Of a DNA stretch of 64,000 nucleotides, positions 13,201 through 25,200 are shown piece by piece. Under the pieces are notes generated by a model that had not been told where the DNA came from, searched no databases, and saw only the letters and a list, made by a program, of their open reading frames with translations. A program made the position numbers and the translations under genes. The stretch covers positions 100,688,001 to 100,752,000 of the forward strand of contig JBITNC010000001.1 in the NCBI GenBank assembly GCA_050084985.1. The letters are read 5' to 3'. Source of the DNA: Nageia nagi. Its lineage: Eukaryota > Plantae > Pinophyta. Positions within the stretch are counted from its first letter, which is position 1. Each line of letters begins with the position of its first letter.

Positions 13201-16200
13201 AACAGAATAGTGCATGCTATTCTATTAATAGATATACTGTTGTTCTATTTATAGAATATCAAATAGATATAATGCTGTTCTATTAATAGATGTATTGATG
13301 TTCTAGTAATAGATGTACCATTGTTCTAGTAATAAATGTACTACTGTGATGTATTGCTATTCTATAAAAGGGGAACAACCCCTTGTCTTTGTACAGTGCA
13401 AAAGTTTGAGAGAAATAAGGACTGAAGTGGTAGATAAGCACTCTATCCTCTAAGTGATCGCAAGGTTGACACAACGCAAAGAATTTGTGTTGACTACAAC
13501 ATTGGCTGATGAACTGGAAGATTTTATGAAATTGTTATTTGTGAATACTGAAGTGAAACACCCTTCTGGTGCCATTGAATATCTACCAAAATATAATACA
13601 CACATGCATGGACACTTCATGCATGCATGCACCCATGGACATGCATGTGTATGCTCACGCACACATGCAAGCTAGACATCTTTTCCTTTTTGGCTTTTCA
13701 TGTTGCTATGTCTTTTAAAATCAATGTAGGAGCATAAGCTTTCTGCCATTCCACTAGGTCAAGCTTTCCACCATTCCATTAAGTCAAGTGTTCTGATTGG
13801 AGTTGGGAGTTCCTAGTCGAAATAAGTAAATTTAGAAAACATACATATATTTGTTAAGAACTGTTAACATATGGATAACCTGTCTGTAATATAGTGTTTG
13901 TTACACCACTTTACTTTTTCTTTTATGGTTTAAACCCTTTTTTAATTTTGAAGAAGGGTACTTAAATTCTATCGTAGTCACCATAGGTAGTGTAGATCCA
14001 TTAAACCATGAGAAAAATGTTGGGTTTTGAACTTATTATAATTTATATCAATATATTTTCATTATTTTCTATATGTATATTTATATCTCCAATTAAGTTA
14101 AAAAATTTCAAAATAGTTGCTTTGTGTTTAAGGCCATCGATGATCTCGCTATTGAAGAGTGCAAAACCTATAGATTGACTAACCAATTGTGAAAGTTGAA
14201 CTCCTGATGAAAAGGATATCTCAAGTACTAGCCTTTTGAGTTCTCCAAGGACAAACACAAAAAAATTGTCAAAGGCAGATAATCTAAAATCTACTTTTGC
14301 CTTTTTGTTTAAATGGTCTCAGAACCTATTTTATTGGATCCAAGTAGGGGATAATTTTATAAATTTTTAATAAATTTGGAGTATAGAAATTTAACATTCA
14401 GGTAAAGAGTATAATGTTCACAAGCATATCACTATATGACACGGAACTTCTTATTCCCGCTGATTTCATTACAAACTAGGGAGCAATATGACCAATGCGA
14501 TATTGTTACCACATGATTGCATGCCGCTATTGCTAGCTTGTGAGCAGTGCACATTTGCGAATGATGTGATCATTATTATAATGCTTCTATGCTGAACTGT
14601 TATTTCCGAGGGCTAGAAAAAGCAATCAATTATAAAGTTTGAAATTCCGTAAAATGAAATCTGTTGGTAAGGATTCCAATAATATCAGGATCTCAATAAG
14701 CGATTCTTAATTGGTGATTTTTTTCTGATAAAATATTCTAATTTTGTCTGTTCAAACACAAGGGTGTACAGAAATTAAGTGTAATTTCTTCAAAGCCTTG
14801 GAGGGTAAAATTGAATGGCTTTTCGGAAACTGTTCCAATGATTTTGTGGGCACTTTCTGTTCTCAATTCCCTCTGAAGATTTTGTCTGATCAAAATCGCT
14901 GTTTTGCCCCAAAAACAGTTCCGAAATCTCAAATTCAAAATTTCTGTTGCAATTTGCTTCCAGGGAGTTGGGGGTTAAATTTTAATGGACTTAGAGTGCG
15001 TTTGAACGCTGTCACTAACACTCTCAAATTTCCATTTCAGCCAGAAACAAAGCTTATGTACATTCTGAAAGTCGGATATTTTTTATTGGGTGATACTCAG
15101 TCAACATAATAGAGATTTTATGTTATTGAACCAAACCATGGGAATTTACACCAGTTTATACAGAATGAGTTTGCAGTTGAAGAATAATGGGTTTGAAGAG
15201 ATTACAGCTTGGATTCCAAGCAAGATTCCATAGGCCAGGAAACATTGATACATGGAAACATGTTTTCAGGAATGGGGAGTGGGAGAGGTTATTTATGGGG
15301 AATGCCCCCGAAATGGTCAGCATAATACTAGTAAACATTTTCGGAATTTTCAGATTTTTGAAATTTCATTGTTTGAAATTCATTATTATTATCAATTCAA
15401 TCATGTAACATAATGATAACATGAAATTTTAAGGTATAAAAGCATTACATCAACATTCAAATGACTAACAAATACAAAACTTAAAATTGAAATTAGAAAT
15501 CAAGTTTGAATCAAAATATCAAAATGAATCATATTCAATGATCATAATGTCATGAATCAGTCTAGTACATAATGATAGATTATATATATTAGTAGGTGGT
15601 TTTGAAAGGCCCCCAAAACCTTTTACATTAAAGTAGTTCTGAAATTGTCACTCAATGTGGAGCGGGGCACGAACAATCAAAGAAAGCCTCTCAATGTGGA
15701 GTCGGGCATGAGCAATTTGGAAACCTGGAAGAATTATCACTTTTCAATCACATTTGATTCAAATTTATCTCCACCTATTTAGGAGAGAAAACCCATTCTT
15801 GTACTTATCTTAAGATACACATTAAAACTTGTACACCTTCATTTATAAACCCACATTTGAGGTTAAATTTTGAAACTTCCCGCTCATAATAACCCTTGCT
15901 ATTGAGCCTTGGGGGTTGTGATTCTACAGGTTTGAATCCACATATCTGATTTGATAGTTCCACATTTCCACTCATAAAGAAATTATATATTGAGCCTTGG
16001 AAGTTGTGGTTCCTTAATCTTGAGCCCAATAGTTCAACCAATTGGGTAAGCTAGGAAGATTTTAGTTGTTGTTGCTTGAACTAAGTTAACCTGTCTATTC
16101 TTGCAACATTTCGATTGTTGGATCTAAACCAGCTCCACCATACCTGAAACCTGCTACAGAACCGCCTTGATTCCTTTAAAGAAGGGATGGAAAAACCGTC

Positions 16201-19200
16201 CAATAGGGGTTCAACATTGGAGACAACCATCATGCTCGCCTCTCTGAATGAGAAACCTACTATGCTTGTGGGTTCTAGACCCACCAGGACACAGAAGAAA
16301 AGCTTGCATAGAGACATATGCTCCATCATAACAACACCCAAAACACCAAAGCTTCTACAAACAACTACCAAGCCCTCAAGACCTATCCTCCTCGACGAAA
16401 CCATAGCTTCCCATATTTGGAGCATCACAAAATACCTTTCAGCCAAGCTAGGATCCAACACCTTCTAGTCCAACGCCATATTTTCCGTCTCCTCCAAGTG
16501 AGTTACCCTATTCTTCGAAGCGGATAATTGGGGCCAATACAAAACAGGTCTTCAATCTTTGTAGGCAAGAATTTGGAGTCCAGGGAAAAGTCCATCGGAC
16601 TTTTTGGTGCCACACACGAAACTATGCTGAACAATGCTTCCTCCTTCGTGGGGGAGAAGTGAGATTTGAGGGAGAAATCGATGTAAACCCCAACAACCCT
16701 TGCCAAGCTTAGATAGTCTAGCTCTTCACCAAAACCACCAGCTGCGCTTCTTACCTTTTCAAACACCACGCTATTAGACGCCTTTGCATATTCCTTAGTC
16801 GAACTCTCCAAAACAGAGCTCCTTCTATTGACGAGAGCCATCTCCTCTGATCAAGTTGCCCTCTCTCCATCAGAGTAGCTTCCAATTGTGCATTCTCCAA
16901 ACCATGCCGAACCACAACTTGCTCAACCTCGCCATCAATCCTCGAACTACTCTTCCCAGCCCCCACCTTGAAACCCTTCCACAAACACCTAGCCTTCACC
17001 CAAGCCCCCTCCACTCCCTGCATTCCAACTACCTCCCTCCTTTTGAGCCTATGCTTTGCCTCGACTTCGCGAGCTCACACCCTCGTATAGAACACGACTG
17101 GAACAGAGCTCCATTCATCTCAACCGCCTTTTCTTAAATCATCATATTATGATAGATATGAAATATTGAAATCATAGTAACAAAACTATAAAACTAAATA
17201 CATAGACTATACTTTGACATGAATATGTGAAATAACAAAAGGCCAAAATCAAAACTATAGCATTGTTGGCTCATGCGCTACCAGTATTATATCTTGCTAT
17301 TTTATTGAGCTTTTTGATGAGCTGCCCTCATCATCCAACTAAAGAGCCTCCAATAGCACTCCAATCAACCCTTCCACATTGTCATGATCCTCAAGCTTGC
17401 ATGCCTCCTCTAGATCAACATCCCATCATACAATTGGAGTGGCCTTGAACTCTATTTTAACTCTATTGCAAAGGCTAATAGAGCTATGCAATACAACTAG
17501 CTTCTTTTCTCTACAAGAGGTAAGCCTACTCCTCAAACTGCAGATGAAGCCATTGGTGGACAAATTTCTCTTTGCGACAAATGAACTATTAACATGAGAA
17601 AGGAGCCTAATTGCAAGTTGCTTCAAGTGTGGAGCATCATCCACATATAGATCTTACCATCAAATGGGATCTACGTGGGTCATGTTAGCCCTATCCTCCT
17701 TGCACTTTGGTTGGCTGAAATGAGAACCCCTAAATCTCACAAATTTCAGCCACTCATCTCTAATTATGGAAGCCTCGTTCAAATGCATTTTTTTAAGGTA
17801 CTCTTTGAACTTATCTTTCACCTTATAATCCTCACCAAATGTCATTCTCCCAATTGTAGGTGCATATTGCTTCAAATTCAATGCATATGTAGCCATATGT
17901 GTAGAGGTCTTCATCTTATCCCACCTACAAGAAATAATTTAAAAAAAATTAAAAAACTACATGAACAATCAACAATCCAAATTGAAACTACAAAAGTGAA
18001 ACTTCATTAACTTCAAGTCTTCAACATTGTTACCTCTTTTGTATAATGAGTCTAATTTGGCTCAAGGATCTTTAGCATAAATTATCTTTTTGATTTCCCT
18101 AAGCATGTTGTCAAAAGTTTCATATATCTATCATAAATTTGGAGTGTCTTTATCAATACATCTTACTACTATAACAACTGGGACAATGATAAATACAATG
18201 TACCTACAAGAAATTAAAAAAAATAGTCAAAAAACTACATGAACAATCAATAATCCAAATTGAAACTACAAAAGTAATACTTCATTAATTTCAAGTCTCT
18301 AACATTTGTTACTTGGCTTGGGCCCACCAATTCTCATCTAAGACTTTATCTCAAATTCTTTACCCTCCTTTATCTGAGATACCGCCCATTTCTTCCATTC
18401 TATGCATACTACCATCGACTGTAGTGCCTTTTGCACCTCAATCATCCTCTCCATTAGAATGAAATAAGTGGCTTATCTTGTATCTCTTGGTTTGATAAAC
18501 TATCTTTGAGAAGGAGCGAAAGAGGGCCAAAAATGTGATGGTTGCCAATAAAATTCGCATGTCTCTATCTTTTGCTACTGTCTTCCTCACCCTTGCCATC
18601 TTTCCAATGCCCTTCAATGCATTATTTAATGCATGAAAGCGACATGGGGTCCAAAAATTGTCTGTAAGTTCTCTCTATTAGTTTCCCTACACATTGGCAA
18701 ACAAGGATTGCATCTATAACTACACGAATAAAAATTGATTACCTTAATAACATTCGAGGATCTAACTTCCTTAATAGCATCCTTCAATAGGAGGAACTAG
18801 AACTTTTCATCCTTCTTTTTCCCCAGGTAATTAACAACACAAAGAAAATAAGGACCCTCTGAATGTGACATAATAATGTTGATGAGTGGATGATGACGAA
18901 TGTCAGTCCACACATCAATGATAATGGAACAACTAGTTTTCAACCATGTGTCCTCATGTCCTCCATCATCAGATTGCACTTGGAATATGTTTCTCCAAAA
19001 GAGAACAAAGTTTGGTTTCTCTAGGCACTACATACGACGGCCCTTCCTTGCTTACTTTTGTGAATGCATCACTGAAATAAGGCGAATGTGCATTATGGAA
19101 AGGCAACCCATGTGCACAAAATAACAGTACTACAATGTCATCAGCTTCCTCCTTTGCTTATAAGTTAAAGTATATCAACTATGATTCCTCTTTTTTTTGA

Positions 19201-22200
19201 GGTGGCAACATAGGACTCGGCAAAAACTATAACAAGAAGTTTGAGTTTCTCGTAGTAAGAAGGATACAGATCCATGGGCAGCTGCAGAAGATTGGTCAGG
19301 TTTGGAATAGGATGTCCTAAATCTTTAAGTTCGGCCTTTTGCACAAGCCTATTGGTTTTTATGTAAATTGTATGTAGTTTAGTTTTTTGCAAACTCTCAC
19401 CATTGTCTTGATCACCTATTTTTTTTCCCTTGGTCTAAGTTTGTGACAAATTGAAAAAAGTTTTTCTATATTAAATGGTCATTTAGCAAAACTTTTCAAC
19501 ATTGGGGTTGGACAATAAAAAAAGTAAGTGTACTGCTGCCCTCTTTGGAAGTTTGTGATTGTTGGATATTTCCTCAACCCATTTGAGTTTTTGACTTATA
19601 ACCATCACTATCACTCGTATTGGAAGAAATATTAACAAACAAACAACTAGATTGCATAGTGTAATACAAAATACCCTTGTTGCTTCTTCCTTGGCTATTG
19701 TCTCTCTTCTTTGCTGCTGTCTTTTTCTTTTTGGATTATGTCTAACTTTTTGTGTGAGCATAAAATGAAATGTTTTTTTGTTTGCATGCACATATAAATC
19801 ACTTTTAGGGTTTGCATTTTTTTTTTAATTTTGAGTGAATTGTTTTTTTTTTAATTTTTAATTGGCTTGGCTGCCCACAACTAGAGAGGATGGTTGGACA
19901 TCCCCGGGGAAAATCAAGGGAGGACTAGATGTCCCTCAACTGTTCTCACTTCTCACGGACGACCAACCATTCCCCTGGCCATTCCTGTTAGGAGGAACGT
20001 GCAGGGGACTGTCCCCCCTTTGGCTGAGGCACCCTGGGAATGATCCCTATACTAGTCCCCAATATGGGATATGCGGTATGCATGCTCCATGGGGGTGCAT
20101 CCCTGTGGAATCCTGATTCTAAGGATGTTTGAACAATAAAAAAAATAACCCAATTTGAATTCTTTACAACAGTTCAAATATCACTGTTCAAAAGTACTAA
20201 AAGATTTTTTTGGCATGGAACTCAATTTTTGGGAGCTCCTTGTAGATTACACCAATAATATTTTTTGTCAATCCATGAGTTGTTAGAAGGTATGACAATG
20301 ATTGTAAGAATAACTTCTGTTTTGACTTGTGAAAGATTTTATACCAAGATTTGAAATTAACATTTTTGACTAAAAACTGAAGTTAACACTTTGGGATGTA
20401 AAAATCAAACTTCAGAGACTAATATAAAATTATATGAGCTGATTGGACGGATGAATGTTAAGGTTTGCAACAGGCAGCAACATAATTTATGACTGCTCTG
20501 TTTCTTTCTGAGCAGTGTTAGTAGAATCGACGATTAATCGACAAAATCAGGTCAGAATCTGGATCACCAAGTTAAATGATTTTTTTGGAACTGATTCCAA
20601 TTTTTTCTTTTTCGCTAATCTTGCAATTTTTTTGACAAAATTGCAATTTCGATTCTTCAAAAAATCCCGATTTAATTGCGATTCCCGATGGGAAAATTGG
20701 CAACTTTTGACAAGGATGGCAATGTCATGATCAGAAGCTTTGACGATGTGTTCTTAATCTGGGTGTGCTTCCCCTTCCGCTGGGTCTCAATGTGATTCGA
20801 ACCCTCACCCACTTGGCACCCTTGAGTATCTTCGTTGATGTGGTGCAAATTGCAGCAATGGCAATGGTGATGGTGGAGGTCGTGCTCACTTCTTTCAAAA
20901 CCACCCCTAATTTGGTGGCTTTTATTAAGTTTAGCATAATTCCATATGGAGTCGCAGTAGCGGTGTATGCGTTTGAAGGGATTGGGATGGTCAATTATTA
21001 ATAAGAGGTGATTATTAATATATATTAAAATATTAATATATCCTTAGATTTTGTTTTCTTATTTGCCAATTTTTTGCCTGATTTCTTTGCGGACTCCGAT
21101 CCAATCCCGATTAATCTGAATCGTCCAGCCAAAAGATTACGATTCTGATATCTTTGGTTCTGAAACTATCAGACCTGCAAATACCTACTAGCTTTTCTGT
21201 TATTTCTCCTTTTTAGCTGTGGTTCAGCATTTTGGTGATATTTGAAGTACATTACATGGTTCAATGTTACTTGGGATGTCAGTTTCTGGATTCATAATAA
21301 AAATGCCTTTTAAGACTATTGACTTTTAGCAAGTTCTTCATATCAAGGCACCCCGACATCACTGCAGCACTTTGAGACTTTGAAATTGCTTCAATGCCTC
21401 TTACACTGTTTCAGACCACATAACTAATAAAATAGTAGAATTTTTGATACTTGGTCAATTTTTGAAGTTTTGACTGGATCACAGATGATTGTGATTAATC
21501 CAGTAAAAGTTTATGTGGTTTCCCTTTGGCTTAATGGATTGATTTGATTATATTGTCTGGAGCTAACATGTAATTGAATATTTTATTCATTTTAGGTTCC
21601 ACCAACATTGAGATTTGTAATGGATGGGGAGATGCCGGATTATCTGCTTGCAAAGGATCTTATTTTACAGGTAAGTTTCAGATTGTAGAAGTTTCTGTTG
21701 GTTGAGCTTGTATTTGTCTGGCTTACGTTATTGTTCATTTAGCCTGCTTTCCTTCAGGGTTTACTGTTATACCTCTTACACCTAAGGATTCACATATTTG
21801 TTCGATATAAGTATATTTGAGGGACACAGTTTGGCTTATATTTATGTGGGTGTTATACAGCTGTGATGCATTGAATGTTTCAGATTATCGGTGAAATAAC
21901 TGTTTCTGGCGGAACATACAGAGCAATGGAATTTACAGGTTCCACTGTTGAAAGATTGACGGTTAGTACTCATTTAAAATGTTTCTCATTGTGTCTTTTG
22001 TGGTGGATATTAACTTTAGGAAAAAGCTTTTTTGGGAATCGCTCTGTATCATGATGCCGCAGTTCTTGTGGTCTATATAGCCGATCTAAGCGCAAAAGTA
22101 ATTTGTTTGGATATATTGAGTTCCGTCTTACTATTTACATTCCACCACCAACTTTAATCAGATGGAAGATAGAATGACATTGTGCAACATGGTTGTTGAA

Positions 22201-25200
22201 GCGGGAGCCAAGAATGGTGTTGTGGCAGCAGATCAGACAACTTTTGATTATCTTAAGGTATTGCCATTGCATGTATCTGTTTGTGTAGAACATAACCATT
22301 TTGGATGCGACTCACTCTATTTGATTTAAGCATCTTTGTATGACTGATCCAAACTCTTTTTAAAATTGTTTTTTGCATATAGAAAACATAATTCCTTCGT
22401 AAATGCTGGGCAGGGTAAAACGAGTGCCAGTTTTGAAGCTCTTTACAGCGATGAAGCTGCCAGGTATGGTCATCAAGTTATTCATGATTTTTATGCCAAC
22501 TGCTCAGATTGAGGGTTTGATTGGACAGGTCAAAACTTATGTAGAGTAATAAGACACTTTTGGTAGCATCTAGTGTGATAGTGTAATCTTATTTTGAATT
22601 TGTCTTGTTAGAACTGGGACGATTCTTACTTAATATTGGACGCTTAAAGCTTTATTACGTAGAAGTAGTTGATTCAACTTTGATGCAGTCATTATTACTG
22701 GATTCTCCTCCTCAGTGTGATTGCATTGTACGTGATACTGTGTTTGTGTTTTGGAATGGAATAAAATTTTACCGGTCTGGGCACGATTCCCATTCTCACC
22801 AAACTAATATCATCTCATAAAAATGAACAAATTTAGGTATAAATAAATATCCTAAACGCCATCATATATCAATTACATAAATGGACTAAACTATGCTTTG
22901 TTGTTTACTAGGTAGCCTCAGTGTCTATGCTTAGTTTGAAAAACATGAGGACCTGTTGTACCCAACTCCTGGATCTTCTATGGAGGAACATATGCTGATG
23001 AGAAGGATATCATCCAGAGGTAGATGATAAAGAAGATTGTGATTGCAACTTTTTTGATTTCTTTGATCCTTCCATGCTTAACGAGGACACATTTTAGAAT
23101 CTTCTTCCCTTGGTGTTGTGATAGATTCTGCAGGGAATTCTCTTAAGTCTCGGAAGGCTATCTTTGCAGGTGTAGGGGGATATTTCCATGGCCCTTCTTG
23201 CATATAGGATAGTAAAGCTGAAGTTTCTTCATTGGGTGCAAAAGACAGATTTGCTAGGGCATGCATTGTATTATCATAATGGTGGTGATAGCACTTTTAT
23301 TTTACATTCTTTCGTCCATGCTATAAAGAGCCTTGATATTTGTGATGACACACCCAGGGAGAGCCTTTCATATCTCTTGCTTCAAATAGTTTATTCTAGT
23401 CAAGGATGAGCGTCCTGATGAACTTTTGTGTATCGAGGATGTTGACAGGATTTCCTTATCCTCCTTAGGGGAAGGAGGAATCTCATCACATGCCAAATGA
23501 TTTGCCAACTGAGTATAAGAGTTTTCTACAAGGCCTGTTAAGAATTCTGACTATGTCTTCATGAGATTTTTGTGCTTAAAGAGTCTCATGTTGGTGATAG
23601 GTCTGTAATAAATCTAGGAGGAGCTTCTAGAAGATGTGAGACTTGTTTTGAGGATGGAAGCTTTGAAGTCATAATTTAGATTACTAAATTTCATGGACAT
23701 AGGAGAATACTGGTTGAGCATATTTACTATTCCAATTTAAGGAAACCCACTCTATTATTCTATTAAGTGGTTTTTGGGGGGGAGAGGGTGATGTAGCATT
23801 GTTGATATGAGTACCATCTTGATGGGCCATTTTATGTGTCTTAGTTAGGCCTTCCTATGCATGTTTGTGAATGGGAAATGGTTGGCTTAACGCAGGTGCT
23901 GACGACCATAGAGAACATTTTGTTAATGTTAAAGAAGACCTCTATTATTATAAGTCTACTACACTGACAGCAAAGTTACTTTTGTGAGTAATGAGAAACC
24001 TATTGATTGTGGTCCTGAAGGCATCTTTGGCGAGGCCTGCAGAGAGAAGCTTGATGTGGTAGGTATTTGTGGCTATGGAAGTCTACTTTTTGATCAGGTA
24101 AGACAAAGACTTCTTCAAATATGGACTTAGATATCAACCATTGCTATAGTAGTGTACCTAGTGATACTAGAGGAGGTATGGCATCTTCAGTGGAGTTGAA
24201 TTATGTTGGACCTCGTTGGAGGAAGTCATTGAGGGAAGTGTTGAATGTAATGACATCTTCCGTTGTCCTTTTATCAATCTTAGTGTGAGTTGTTAGGACT
24301 GGTTAAAATATTGACTGGTGGACTTTGGGTCATATGGGCTTATACGTTGTAACATGTTTTGGTGAATGTGCCTTTTATTGTTTGTTCAAACCATGTCACT
24401 TCAGTGTGGAATTTTTTATTGGAGTGAATTTTTCTTGCACATAACAACAAGGACTTATTCCATTTCCAAACACACCTGTGCTCTTCAGATCAATGTAGCT
24501 CCTTGGAGCATTCCTTTCATCTTCATTGTTATTCAGATATTTTTACATGGATTATTTCCTTGCATTCTTGATTATGAGCTTTTTATTTTGCATGTTGGAG
24601 ATGTTCTTTTGCATTTCTCCTTTATTGCATTCTATCCATATTGCTAGCATGTGGATGATTGAATGCTATTTTTTATATTTGGACAATATTGCTTTTTCAC
24701 TTGGTATTGGAAAAGCTAGGTGTATTCAAGCCTGTGTAGCTTGAGGGTGTTTTGGAAGGTCAATCCTCACTACAGTACAAAGATACTCAAACAAGAGAGC
24801 TAGCAGGTTAGTGGTAGACTTTTTGTGTTAGTATTCAAGAGGTCCTAGGCTCAAATCCTACTGTTTCATGAGTTCTAACTGGAATACCTGAACTTTGGAA
24901 ATGGCATACATACATGGAAACATAGCTTTTAAATGTTTATTGCTTAGGTATCTTTATAGAGCTAGGTCATTACCAATTCAATCTCACAAGTTTGATTACA
25001 TCTTTTGCTTTGGGTGATCTGTTTTCAGTGATCTTGTTTTGATGTCACTGTATTATGTAATTGAAGACGAGATGAAAACAATGCACAAATAGATTTCCTT
25101 CATTACATGTTGTAAGGGCGTAACTCTTTAACATATGGTATTGGCCCTATTGGGAATGGCAGCATGTATTAATTGTTGGAGATTTGGGTAGCAGATTCAT

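Larger units (their letters stand above)
15221..20115 (-). mobile_element. hAT DNA transposon with decayed transposase
   Basis: TIRs CAAGATTCCATAGG / CCTGTGGAATCCTG (12/14); 8-bp TSD ATTCCAAG / ATTCTAAG; transposase motifs [59 protein letters not shown]. Confidence 0.88.

Noticed and set aside
13598-13675. Cluster of RY (CATGCA) seed-regulatory elements
   Set aside because: Low-complexity CA/TG tract deep in a TE-rich intron; explainable as a decayed microsatellite.
14744-15109. 121-aa intronic ORF
   Set aside because: Non-ATG start, no recognisable motif, no splice context.
16081-17137. Cluster of overlapping ORFs on both strands as genes
   Set aside because: GC-richer TE interior where stops are rare by chance; no coherent host protein.
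20765-21001. Functional nested amino acid transporter gene
   Set aside because: It covers only ~80 codons of a much longer protein, is frameshifted at its 5' end and lies inside TIRs.
24795-24880. Genuine tRNA gene
   Set aside because: The A/B boxes are degenerate and no acceptor or anticodon stems form; at most a SINE head.
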